Assembly: GCA_038212275.1 (NCBI GenBank)
Contig: JBBQUR010000016.1
Span: forward strand, 51,403 to 115,402
Direction: 5' to 3'
Length of the DNA: 64,000 nucleotides
Source: Planctomycetota bacterium
GTDB lineage: Bacteria > Planctomycetota > B15-G4
This document shows positions 37,935 through 47,230 of the stretch, piece after piece. Below the pieces are notes generated by a model. That model was not told the DNA's origin. It saw only the letters and a program-made list of their open reading frames with translations, and did not search any database. The translations under genes were made by a program, and so were the position numbers. The first letter of the stretch is position 1, and each line of letters opens with the position of its first letter.

Positions 37935-40888
37935 GTTTGCTCCTCTGGTTGCTGATGCGCGGTGATGCGGTGCAGCGCGACGATGCGCCGATTGCGGTGC
38001 TGAAGGGCGACCGTGCGGACGTTGCCGCCACGTCGCCGGCAGTGCCGGCTCCCCGCGCACCAAGCGGCACACCGGAGTCGCTCGTTGTGGCTGCGCCGCA
38101 CGCACCCTCGGATGAGCCTGCCGACGCCGCGGCCGACGCCTTGCCCGGCGCGGCAGCGCTGTTCACCGGCCGCGTCGTGGACGAGCGCGGCGCGCCGATC
38201 GCGGACGCGATCGTGTGGCACGTGCCGACGCGCACGCTGCGTCGCCCGCTCGGCTTCGTGACGGGACGCTCGGGCATCGACCTCGCGTGGGAGCTGCTGC
38301 CGCAGACCTCCACCGACGCCGAGGGCCGGTTCTCGTTCACGTCGCGCGAACTCGCGCGCGACCCGGAGGCATCGCCGGATCCCGCACGCGAGGGATATCT
38401 GCATGGCGTCTACGGCGGTGACCTCCCCGGGCTCGTGGTGCGCCATCCCGCCTTCGCGATCGTCGTGCATCCCTGCGCGTCGTTTCGTTCTGCCGCCTAC
38501 GACGCGGGTGACATCGTGCTGTCGCCGGGCGGCGAGCTGACCGGGCGCCTGCTGTCCACGGAAGGTGGTGTCGTGGTCGAGGCGAGCGTCGGCCCCTCCC
38601 GCACGGGCTTCGCGGACACGCTGCCCCGATACGGAGACTTCTACGTCGCGCGCCACTTCCTGCAGGTGCTCTCCGGCGCGGACGGCCGGTTTCTCGTCGG
38701 GAGTTTGTGGCCTGGACAAGTGGAGCTTGAAGTTCAGCACGGCGACTTCGTGCCGCTGACGGACCGCGCCACGAGCACGGCCGGCGAGGTCTTTGATCTC
38801 GGCGATCTCGAACTCGAGCCGGCACGCCACATCCGCGGCATCGTTCTCGACGTGGAGGGACAGCCCCTGCGCGGCGCCCTGCTGCTGGCGCGCGGCTCCG
38901 CGCAGCGCATGGAGGCGATATTCGGCGGGGCCGACCCGCTGCAGCAGGAGATCGGCAGCAGTTCGAACAACCCCGGCAAGCACGAAGTCCGCCTGACGGC
39001 CGACGCGGACGGCGCCTTCGATCTCGGCACGCTCAACCAGACCTACTACGACGTCTTCGCGGATCTGCCCGGGCACGAGGCGACCTGCGCGCGCGACGTG
39101 CAGGCGGGCACGGACGACGTCGTGCTGCGCCTCGCTCGCGAGGCGACACTGCTGCTCAGCGTCGTCGCTGCCTCCGATCGCGCACCGCTCGCCGGCGCGA
39201 CCGCGCGCGCTTGGCGCCTCAGCGACGTCAAGAGCATCTTCGGCGGGAGCTTGGGCAGCGAGATCCAGGTGGTTGCGGGTCGCGAGGCCGCGGCGGCGGC
39301 CGGATTGCCCGGCGACGGCGTCGGCCTGCTCCTCGTGCAGCGCGCCGGTGACGATGGCACGGATGTCGTGGTGTCCGCACCTGGCCACGCGACGACGGGC
39401 TTCGCGCTGCCAGGCGTGCGCCCGGGCCAGCGGCTCGAGCGCACGCTGGACCTCGCGCGCGAAGCGGTGCTTGAAGGTCGCGTGCAGAACGCCGCGCACG
39501 AGCCCATCGCCGGCGCGAGCGTCACGCTGTCACGGCCCGCGGACGCGGGCCTCGAACTTCCCGCGCGCACCGCCACCTCGGATGCGGAGGGCCGCTTCCG
39601 CCTGGATGCGTTGCTGCCCGGCACGTGGTCGCTTTGGGCGGGCGCAAAGGACTACCTGGAAGCGCGTCCGACTCCGCTGACGGTGACCGACGCCGCGGAG
39701 CAGCCGGAGGCCGTCATCACGCTGCTGCGCGGCGCTGCGCTGAAGGGGCTGCTGCTCGATGCCGACGGCGCGCCCGCGGCGGACGTGACCCTCGAGCTCA
39801 CGATCACGAGCGGCGACTGGGCAGGCAGGCAGGTTCAGGCGACCAGCAGCAGCAGCGGCCGCTTCTCGTGGGAGGGACTCCCGCCGGGCCCCGTGATCGT
39901 TCGCGCATGGCCGGGGGTTGAGGCTGACCTCACGCTCGTCGCCGGCGAGACGGCGGAGGTCACGCTCGCGCTGCGCCACCAGCCCGCGATCCGCGGTCGC
40001 GTGACACGCGGCGGGCAGCCCGTCGGCATGGCAAAGGTCGTGGCGGTGCTTGTGAAGGCAGCGCCGTCGCCGCCCACGGCGCCCTCGTTCTTCCACAGCG
40101 GCGACGGGAGCAGGCATGCCGGCACGACGGCCACCGGCGAGTACGAGCTGTCGACCACGACGCACGGCAGCTTTTTCGTGCAGGCGCAGGCCGGCAGGAC
40201 ACGGAGCCGGGCGGTCATGGTGACTGCAGATTGGGATCGCGAGGCGTTCGCGGATCTCGACTTCGGAAGCGCGCGGATCGCGGGCCTCGTCACGGACGCG
40301 CGCACGGCGCAGCCCATCGCCGGCGCCGAACTCGGCTTGCACGATCGGGCGATCGACGCGGAGGGCGCACTCGCGGGTTTCAAGCGCGGCGCAGAGCTTG
40401 ATCAGACCGCCACGACGGACGCGGAGGGCCGCTTCGCCTTCGAGCAACTGCAGCCCGGCGCCTTCGTCGTGAAAGTGCGCGCCACGGGTTACGCGGACGC
40501 GTCGCACGAGGTGCAGCTCGCCGCGGACGACACGCTGACTCTCGATGGCGCTGCGTCCGCGGGCCTCGTCTTCGCGCTGGAGCCAGGAGTCCGCCTCAAG
40601 GGCACGCTGCGCATGGCCAGCGGCAAGCTGCTGTACCCGGACCTCTGCATCGGCCTGGAAACGGCCGGCCACCCCGCGCAGAAGAATTACATGCAGCTCA
40701 GCGCCGCAGCGCCTTCAGTGAAGTGGACCTGGTCGATGCCCCTCGCTCCCGGCCCCTGCACCTTGAAGGTCTGGCGTGCCATCTCGACATCCGTCGGTGA
40801 TCTCGCCGAGAAGGACGTGCTCGTCACCGCGTCCGCGTCGCTCGTCGCCGGCGAGACGCGTGTGGTGGACCTCGTCATCTTCGACTGA
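37877..40888 (+). CDS. Membrane-anchored protein with tandem carboxypeptidase-regulatory-like (prealbumin-like) domains
   Basis: N-terminal TM and many GRVxD..G.P..GA / TDAEGRF / L.PG repeats. Confidence 0.85.
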   Translation: MEAAGRRLGLLLGAGALIVGLLLWLLMRGDAVQRDDAPIAVLKGDRADVAATSPAVPAPRAPSGTPESLVVAAPHAPSDEPADAAADALPGAAALFTGRVVDERGAPIADAIVWHVPTRTLRRPLGFVTGRSGIDLAWELLPQTSTDAEGRFSFTSRELARDPEASPDPAREGYLHGVYGGDLPGLVVRHPAFAIVVHPCASFRSAAYDAGDIVLSPGGELTGRLLSTEGGVVVEASVGPSRTGFADTLPRYGDFYVARHFLQVLSGADGRFLVGSLWPGQVELEVQHGDFVPLTDRATSTAGEVFDLGDLELEPARHIRGIVLDVEGQPLRGALLLARGSAQRMEAIFGGADPLQQEIGSSSNNPGKHEVRLTADADGAFDLGTLNQTYYDVFADLPGHEATCARDVQAGTDDVVLRLAREATLLLSVVAASDRAPLAGATARAWRLSDVKSIFGGSLGSEIQVVAGREAAAAAGLPGDGVGLLLVQRAGDDGTDVVVSAPGHATTGFALPGVRPGQRLERTLDLAREAVLEGRVQNAAHEPIAGASVTLSRPADAGLELPARTATSDAEGRFRLDALLPGTWSLWAGAKDYLEARPTPLTVTDAAEQPEAVITLLRGAALKGLLLDADGAPAADVTLELTITSGDWAGRQVQATSSSSGRFSWEGLPPGPVIVRAWPGVEADLTLVAGETAEVTLALRHQPAIRGRVTRGGQPVGMAKVVAVLVKAAPSPPTAPSFFHSGDGSRHAGTTATGEYELSTTTHGSFFVQAQAGRTRSRAVMVTADWDREAFADLDFGSARIAGLVTDARTAQPIAGAELGLHDRAIDAEGALAGFKRGAELDQTATTDAEGRFAFEQLQPGAFVVKVRATGYADASHEVQLAADDTLTLDGAASAGLVFALEPGVRLKGTLRMASGKLLYPDLCIGLETAGHPAQKNYMQLSAAAPSVKWTWSMPLAPGPCTLKVWRAISTSVGDLAEKDVLVTASASLVAGETRVVDLVIFD

Positions 40889-40911
40889 GCCACGCCGATG
40901 TGCGCCGACCA

Positions 40912-41034
40912 TCGACCCGGCAAGCGAGGCGCGCTAAGGTGGCGCCCGCGAACGGGCGACTCGGAGGCTGCGGGCGATGGAAGCGGCGGGCAGGCGACTC
41001 GGGCTGCTGCTTGGCGCGGGGGCGCTGATCGTCG
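40912..41034 (+). repeat. 123-bp direct repeat, copy 2
   Basis: Identical to 37812-37934, offset by 3100 bp. Confidence 0.92.
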
Positions 41035-41531
41035 CCGCCGCCGCGCAGGCCGCGCTGCCCGGCGTCGAGGCGCTGTTCACCGGGCGCGTCGTGGACGAGC
41101 GCGGCGCGCCGGTCGCCGGCGCCGTCATCACCCACGTGCCGGCCTGCAAGCTGCGCAAGGAACTGGGCCTCATCACCGAGCTGTTCAAGGGCACGCTGGC
41201 CTGGGACAAGCTGCTGCAGGTCCTGCACGGGGATTTCGTGCCGGCTTGCTTCAAGACCAGCACGCGCGTCGGCGAGACGACCGACGCGGGCGATGTGACT
41301 CTGGCACGCGGCGACGGTATTCGCGGCGTCGTGCTGGACAGCGGGGGCCGGCCGGTCGCGGGCACCGATATCCTGGTGCGCGCTTCGGGCCTCGGCGTCG
41401 GCAGCGGCGTCGATGGCTCCGTCCTCATGGAGCTGAAGATGAGCGTCCGTCCGCGCGGCCTCCGCGAGGTGCGCACGCGCACCGGAGCTGCCGGCGAGAA
41501 GAAGGTCTTGGAGCTTGTCATCGATGCCTAG
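40977..41531 (+). pseudogene. Internally deleted, in-frame mini-paralog of the flanking repeat proteins
   Basis: 184 aa containing colinear fragments of the N-terminus, middle and C-terminus of the ~1000-aa neighbours. Confidence 0.65.
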
Positions 41532-44500
41532 GCGCAGGGCACACGCCGCACACGTGCGCTGGCCCGTGGTCCTCGCGACGGTCGCGGCGGGAGCCGTGCT
41601 GCTCGCGCTCGTGCTCGTGCTGATGCAGGCAGAGCGTGAAGCCGAGGCGCCGGCGACCGCGGTGCTCGCGGCGCCGCGCGCGGCATTGGTCGACCGCGGT
41701 CTCGTCGCGAGCGGCGGGGCTGCGAACGGCGCGGCCGCGACGCAACCGCTCCCGGCAACGCCTGAGCTGAACGCGGACGGCACGCCCGTCGCGGAGGGCG
41801 CCCCGGTCGCTGCCGCCGTCGCGTCGGACGGCACCGTCGAGGCCGCGTTCACCGGGCGCGTCGTCAACGATGCCGGCCAGCCTGTCGCCGGCGCGTTCGT
41901 GCGGCACGTGCCGGTCAGCCAGCTGCGCGACACGCTGGAGCTTGTCGCCGACAAGCGCACGGGTGAGCTGCGCTGGGAGCAGTTCGCGAGCACGACCACG
42001 GATGCCGAGGGGCGCTTCACGCTGCCGACGCGCGAGCTGCCGCGCGAGTTGCCGGAAGCCGTCGAGGGCGAGGCCGGCGAGGCCGGCGAGGACGGCGCCG
42101 CCGCGGGCGAGTCCGAAGAGGCGCAGGTCATGCGGATGCTCCGCGGCACCGTGTTCACCTCGCACGGGTCGATCCGGCAGGCGTCCGGCCTCGGCTACTT
42201 CGGCAGCCAGAATTCGTGGAACTTCGGCGGGAGCTCCGACGAGGGGGACGGCGCGCTCCCCGAAGCGCCCGTGCTCGTGGTGTCGCACGCGGGCTACGCG
42301 CTGGCCGCGCTGACGTGCAAGGACTTCCGTCGCGGCGAGTGCGCGGTGGGGGACGTCACGCTGCGGCCCGGCGCGGTGCTGGTCGGTCGCGTCACGGATC
42401 CCGACGGGCGCGTCGTGCCGGGCGCGCGCGTCGGCCCGCCGCACGACGGCTGGGTGAGCACCGACACCGGGCATTGGGAACTGCTGCGCCAGTTGCTTCG
42501 CGCCGAGTCCGGCACGGACGGGCGCTTCCACCTGGAAGGCCTGTGGGCCGCGCAGTACGGCATCGAGGTCAGCCATCCCGACTTCGTGCCGACGCAGGAA
42601 AATCCGGAGTTGCCCGAAGGCGGCACGGCCGATCTCGGCGACGTGCGTCTGCAGCCGGGCCGCACGATCCGCGGTCGCGTGCTCGACGTGGACGGCAAGC
42701 CGCGCGGCGGCGCGGAGGTCATGGCGCGCCCGGCCTTCCTCAGCCCGGAAAACCCGGGCCTCGACACGCTGCTGCACGAGGCGAAGAGCGATTTGTCCAA
42801 CCGCGGCTCGCATGAGGTGCACACGACGTCCGCCGCCGACGGCACGTTCCTGCTGAGCACGTTGAACCACGACTCCTACTCCGTGTTCGCGGACGCACCG
42901 GATCGAGACCCGGCCTGCGAGCGCGACGTGCGCGCGGGCACGCAGGGCCTGCAGCTCCGGCTCTCCACGGCGGCCTCGCTGCTGCTCACCGTGGTGGACG
43001 GCGCGACCGGCGCGCCGCTGCGCGACGTGGAGGCCAGTGCGATCCGTCGTTCGCGCCACGATGGCGGCGGCCCGACGCAACTCGACCCGATGCTCGATGT
43101 GCTCGTCGGCGCCGACGCGCTGGAAGAAGTGCGCGCGCGCCGCGAGGCCTCCGGCATCGCAGCGGATCCGCCCACGGTGCCAGAGCCCGGTGCCGCGCCT
43201 GTCGCCGATGCCGCCCATGCCGCCGATGCCGCCGATGCCGCCGATGCGGGCGCCGGCCTGATCCTGGTGAAGCGCGCCGGCGCGTTGCGCACCGACGTCA
43301 TCGTCTCCGCGCCGGGGCACGCGACGCGCGGCTTCGTGCAGCCCGGCGTGCCGGCCGGCGAACAGCTCGAGCGCACGCTGAAGCTGTGGACCGAGTCGGT
43401 CATCGCCGGCCGCGTGCTCGATGCGGTCGGCCAGCCCATCGTCGGCGCGCAGGTCTCCGCCAGGCCGCCGGAGGACCTGCGCGTGCCGCTGGAGGGGCGC
43501 TTGGAAACCACGGGCGCGGACGGCAGCTTCCGCATCGGCTCGCTGGTCAACGGCGAGTGGCGTGTCTCCGCATTCAAGCGGGGCTTTCTCGCTGCCGATG
43601 AGCGTCCGGTCTTCGTGCGCCGCGAGCAGGTGCGCGAGGGTGTGGACATCGTGCTTCAGGCGAGCGCGGTGCTCACCGGCCTCGTGCTCGACCCGGACGG
43701 CGCGCCGGCCGTCGAGGTCTACGTGAACGTGAGCCAGGGCGAGGGCGATGACCAGATCGCGCAGGGCTGCCAGACCAATGCGCAGGGCCGCTTCCGCATC
43801 GACACGCTGCTCCCCGGCGCCGCGAAAGTGCAGTGCTGGCCGGCGCTGCCGGTGACGCTTGCGCTCTCGTGCGCGCAACCGATCGACATCGTGCTGCGCC
43901 TGCGCGCGCGACCGAGCATCACCGGACGCGTCCTGGCCTCGGGCCAGCCCGTGCCCGGGGCGTCGGTCTGGGCGCGCGGCCAGAGCCGGGGCAGCACCCG
44001 CATCGAAGCGTCGGAGACCGGCACGTTCGAGCTGGATCTCTGGGATGCGGGCGAGTGGGTCGTGTTCGCGATGCCCGCCCCGCCCGCGCGTTCGGCAGCC
44101 ACGCAGCCGGTGCTCGTCACCGTGGACTGGAACGGGCGCACGCAGGTGGACCTCGTGTTCAGCGGCGTCACCGTGTCCGGGCGGATCGTCGATGCGATCA
44201 GCGGCCAGCCCGTGCCGGGAGCCTCCGCGGTGCTCACGGATCGCGTCGTTCCGAAGGGCAGCGCAGCTCCGTCCGTGCCGCAGTGGAAGCGGCGGCCGTC
44301 CGCTACGGCGATTGCCGACGCGGAAGGCCGCTTCCGCATCGAGTGGGCGCAACCCGGCGAGTGTTCGCTGACGGCGCGCGGTCCGCACAGCCGGATGGTC
44401 GAGCCGCTCGCGTTGACCGTCGGAACCGAGCCGCTGGCGGACCTCGAATTGGCGCTGCCGCAGGGTCAGGTGTTGCGCGGCACGCTGCACACCGCGAGCG

Positions 44501-44751
44501 GCGAACCGCTTCCGCCGGAGCTGCAGCTCTGTCTGGTGGCGGACGGAAGCGATAAGGCCTGGTACCTCGACTTCGATGAGGACGGAAACTGGGAGTGCGG
44601 CTTCGAGCTGGCGGCGGGCAGCTACCGAGTGCGGGTCGTGCAGCAGGTCGGCAATTGGTTCGGCGAAGATTCGGAGCGCGAACTGACCTCGGCCAGCGTG
44701 AGTCTGGCCCCAGGCGAGATCCGCATCCTGCAGCTCACGATCGACGGTTGA
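41524..44751 (+). CDS. Membrane-anchored carboxypeptidase-regulatory-like repeat protein (paralog of 37877-40888)
   Basis: Same domain order: FTGRVV, TDAEGRF, H.DFVP, VSAPGHAT, LERTL, L..GE.R.L at the C-terminus. Confidence 0.85.
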   Translation: MPRRRAHAAHVRWPVVLATVAAGAVLLALVLVLMQAEREAEAPATAVLAAPRAALVDRGLVASGGAANGAAATQPLPATPELNADGTPVAEGAPVAAAVASDGTVEAAFTGRVVNDAGQPVAGAFVRHVPVSQLRDTLELVADKRTGELRWEQFASTTTDAEGRFTLPTRELPRELPEAVEGEAGEAGEDGAAAGESEEAQVMRMLRGTVFTSHGSIRQASGLGYFGSQNSWNFGGSSDEGDGALPEAPVLVVSHAGYALAALTCKDFRRGECAVGDVTLRPGAVLVGRVTDPDGRVVPGARVGPPHDGWVSTDTGHWELLRQLLRAESGTDGRFHLEGLWAAQYGIEVSHPDFVPTQENPELPEGGTADLGDVRLQPGRTIRGRVLDVDGKPRGGAEVMARPAFLSPENPGLDTLLHEAKSDLSNRGSHEVHTTSAADGTFLLSTLNHDSYSVFADAPDRDPACERDVRAGTQGLQLRLSTAASLLLTVVDGATGAPLRDVEASAIRRSRHDGGGPTQLDPMLDVLVGADALEEVRARREASGIAADPPTVPEPGAAPVADAAHAADAADAADAGAGLILVKRAGALRTDVIVSAPGHATRGFVQPGVPAGEQLERTLKLWTESVIAGRVLDAVGQPIVGAQVSARPPEDLRVPLEGRLETTGADGSFRIGSLVNGEWRVSAFKRGFLAADERPVFVRREQVREGVDIVLQASAVLTGLVLDPDGAPAVEVYVNVSQGEGDDQIAQGCQTNAQGRFRIDTLLPGAAKVQCWPALPVTLALSCAQPIDIVLRLRARPSITGRVLASGQPVPGASVWARGQSRGSTRIEASETGTFELDLWDAGEWVVFAMPAPPARSAATQPVLVTVDWNGRTQVDLVFSGVTVSGRIVDAISGQPVPGASAVLTDRVVPKGSAAPSVPQWKRRPSATAIADAEGRFRIEWAQPGECSLTARGPHSRMVEPLALTVGTEPLADLELALPQGQVLRGTLHTASGEPLPPELQLCLVADGSDKAWYLDFDEDGNWECGFELAAGSYRVRVVQQVGNWFGEDSERELTSASVSLAPGEIRILQLTIDG

Positions 44752-44794
44752 ACCGTTGCCGGCTGCCGTGCGGTGCGTGCGGACGTCGCGCCCC

Positions 44795-44852
44795 GCGCGG
44801 CCGAAAAGCCCGGCGCGGCCGAAAAGTCCCGCGCAGCCGAAAAGCCCCGCGC
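44795..44852. repeat. Three 18-bp direct repeats (GCGCRGCCGAAAAG core) upstream of the ECF gene
   Basis: CCGAAAAG occurs at 44801, 44819 and 44837. Confidence 0.8.
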
Positions 44853-44909
44853 GCCAGCGTGTCACCTTCCGCGACACCCGCGCTGGCCCTCGCGCTACAC
44901 TCCGCGCCC

Positions 44910-45494
44910 ATGTTGCCCGGACCACACGCGCCGACCCCAACAGAGCCGCACGGCGCCCCGACGGACGAGGCGCTCATGCTGGCCGCGAGCCGCGGCGAGC
45001 GCGCGGCCTTTGCCGCCCTGGTCGAGCGCCATCAGGCCGAGCTCTACGCGCTGTTCCGGCGGCTCGGCGCGGATGGACACAGCGCGGAAGACTGCGTGCA
45101 GGACACCTTCCTGCGCCTGCTGCGCGCGCACGCCGCATGGACGCCGCGTGCGCCCTTCCGCGCCTTCCTGCTGGTGCTGGCGCGCAATGCCTTCATCGAC
45201 CAGTGCCGTCGCCGTCGCGCGCGGCCCGCCGAGGCGTTGCCGACGGGCGAGGACGCGGGCGGTGCGGCGGATGCGCTGCGGCTTCCTGGCGGCCACGCGC
45301 CGCAGGACGTGCGCGATGCGCTCGCCGCGCTGCCCGAGAAGCAGCGGCTCGTCGTGCAGCTCAACCTGTGGCAGGGGCTGCGCTACCAGGAGATCGCGGC
45401 GACTCTCGACGTGCCCGAAGGCACGGTGAAGTCGCGCATGTTCCACGCGCTGGCGCGGCTGCGAAAGGTGCTGCAACGTGACCACCTCGCCTGA
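44910..45494 (+). CDS. ECF RNA polymerase sigma factor
   Basis: AFAALVERH, AEDCVQDTFLRL, LRYQEIA...EGTVKSRM. Confidence 0.92.
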   Translation: MLPGPHAPTPTEPHGAPTDEALMLAASRGERAAFAALVERHQAELYALFRRLGADGHSAEDCVQDTFLRLLRAHAAWTPRAPFRAFLLVLARNAFIDQCRRRRARPAEALPTGEDAGGAADALRLPGGHAPQDVRDALAALPEKQRLVVQLNLWQGLRYQEIAATLDVPEGTVKSRMFHALARLRKVLQRDHLA

Positions 45495-46572
45495 GCACGA
45501 CGACGGCGTCGGCGACATGTCGCGGCACCTGTGCCCGTGTGACGCGTGCCGGCAGTTCGTGCGCGAGCACCAGCCGCCGGCCGGGCTGCAGGAGCGCGTG
45601 CTGCTCGTCTGCGAGAGCGAGCTGGCGTCGCTGCGCCGCCGTGCAGCGCTGCGCCCGCCCCTTGCGCTGGCGGGTCTTGCCGCGCTGGCGCTGTTCACGC
45701 TGACGCTGCACGTCTCGCTGCTGCCGCCGACGGTCGTCGCGCCCGGTGCAGCCGACACGGCCTCGCTGGCCGCCGCCGCGTGGACGCCCGCTCCCGCCGC
45801 CGCCGCGTGGACGCCCGCTCCCGCCGACGCCGCGTGGACGCCCGCTCCCGCCGCGGGCGCGCACTGGCTCGCCAACACGCTGCGCCCCGACGGACGCTTC
45901 GACACGGGCAGGCTTGAGGTCCCGCACGCCGACGAAGTGGGCCTGCACGCCCTCGCGCTGCTGGCGCTGGCCAGTGCCGACGAAGGCTCCGAGCGCACGC
46001 CCGAGACCACGGACGCCGCGCTGCGCGCCGCTCGCTGGCTGCTCGACCAGCAGGACGACGACGGCTCCATCGGTGCACCGGTCGGTGCGGGTTTCGATCA
46101 CGCGCTGGGAACCGTCGCGCTGCTCGAGGCCGGCGTGCTCACCGGCGACGCCGAGGTGCGCGCCGGCGCCCGGCGCGCCGTTGCGCTCATCGCGGAATGT
46201 CAGGAGCCGGACGGCGGCTGGCAGCCGCGTGCGCCGGGCCAGGCGGGCGCCTCGCTGGCGCAGACCGCGTGGACGCTCGCGGCGCTGCTGCGCGCGCAGC
46301 AGCTCGGCGTCACGGAGCTGCAGCCTGCCATCGCACGCGGCCAGTCGCGGCTCGCCACGGATCTCGGGCCGCGCGAGCTGGCCGACCTCGGCCCCGGCGT
46401 GGGCCGCGTCCTCTCAGCCGATCTCGCGCGCAGCGTGACGCCGTCCGAGCTCGATCTGCCGGCGGTGCGTGCGGTGGCGCTCGGCGCCAGCCGCCCGCGT
46501 GCGCCGACGCCGGCAGGCGGACTCTACGCGGCCTCGTTCGCGGTGCTCGCGCTCCCCGCCTTCCCGCATTGA
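45478..46572 (+). CDS. Putative zinc-finger anti-sigma factor with an extracytoplasmic prenyltransferase/squalene-cyclase-repeat domain
   Basis: HLCPCDAC (HxxxCxxC), TM, WLLDQQDDDGS and QEPDGGW repeats. Overlaps the sigma gene. Confidence 0.75.
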   Translation: MTTSPEHDDGVGDMSRHLCPCDACRQFVREHQPPAGLQERVLLVCESELASLRRRAALRPPLALAGLAALALFTLTLHVSLLPPTVVAPGAADTASLAAAAWTPAPAAAAWTPAPADAAWTPAPAAGAHWLANTLRPDGRFDTGRLEVPHADEVGLHALALLALASADEGSERTPETTDAALRAARWLLDQQDDDGSIGAPVGAGFDHALGTVALLEAGVLTGDAEVRAGARRAVALIAECQEPDGGWQPRAPGQAGASLAQTAWTLAALLRAQQLGVTELQPAIARGQSRLATDLGPRELADLGPGVGRVLSADLARSVTPSELDLPAVRAVALGASRPRAPTPAGGLYAASFAVLALPAFPH

Positions 46573-47230
46573 GCTTCGTTTCCGCTCCGGCCAGAAACTC
46601 CGGACCCATGCACCACGGACCGCCGCGCAGGTGGCCCTCGTCGGTCCACTCCCAGATGTTGCCAGCAAGGTCGAGCACGCCCTCGGGCGTGGCGCCCTCA
46701 GGGAACGAGCCCACGGGCGCCGACTCTTCGAAACCGTCGACCGCACCGAAACCGTCGACCGCACCGAAGCGGTCGGCGCCGAGCGAGTCGCCCCAGTTGC
46801 AGCGGTGCGGATCCCAGACGTCGCCCCACGGGTAGACGCGATCCTCCGCACCGCGCGCGGCGAGCTCCCACTCCGCGTCGGTGGGGAGGCGCACGGTCTG
46901 TCCCGACACGGCCGAAGCCCAGGCGCAATAGGCGCGAGCGTGGTGCACGTTCACCGAGCAGACGGGATGGAGGGCGCGCTGCGGAGGCGGCGCGCCGTCG
47001 ACCCAGTCGCGGAGGAACGGCTCGGTCGGTTTCGAGCCGGGATGCTCGGCGCCGTCGTAGCCGGTGGCGCGCACGAAGCGCGCGTACTGCTCGTTCGTCA
47101 CTTCGCAGCGCGAGATCAGGAACGACGGTTGGCTGCCGTGTGCGGGAATGGAGACGAGGTCGAAGCGGACGTCCGGGGTCGAGCAGCTCGCGAGCAGGAG
47201 AACGAGAGCGCTGCGCGCCGTCCAGATCAC
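46310..47230 (-). CDS. FGE-sulfatase (SUMF1-like) domain lipoprotein, apparently truncated at the C-terminus
   Basis: LLASC, EVTNEQY, RLPTDAEWELAARG, YPWG, DLAGNIWEW, RGGPW. The terminal GFR motif is absent. GTGA-coupled to hemS. Confidence 0.75.
   Translation of the reverse strand: MIWTARSALVLLLASCSTPDVRFDLVSIPAHGSQPSFLISRCEVTNEQYARFVRATGYDGAEHPGSKPTEPFLRDWVDGAPPPQRALHPVCSVNVHHARAYCAWASAVSGQTVRLPTDAEWELAARGAEDRVYPWGDVWDPHRCNWGDSLGADRFGAVDGFGAVDGFEESAPVGSFPEGATPEGVLDLAGNIWEWTDEGHLRGGPWCMGPEFLAGAETKLNAGRRGARAPRTRPRRVRLPASAHAGGWRRAPPHAPPADRARTASRCARDRLRGRGPRRGRGRPARAARDPWRAATGRVRWQAAAP

Noticed and set aside
45478..46572. Squalene-hopene cyclase
   Set aside because: Too short, no DxDD motif, and it has anti-sigma architecture.
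46310..47230. Diversity-generating retroelement target or active formylglycine-generating enzyme
   Set aside because: No reverse transcriptase or template repeat is in the window, and the catalytic Cys region and C-terminus are missing.
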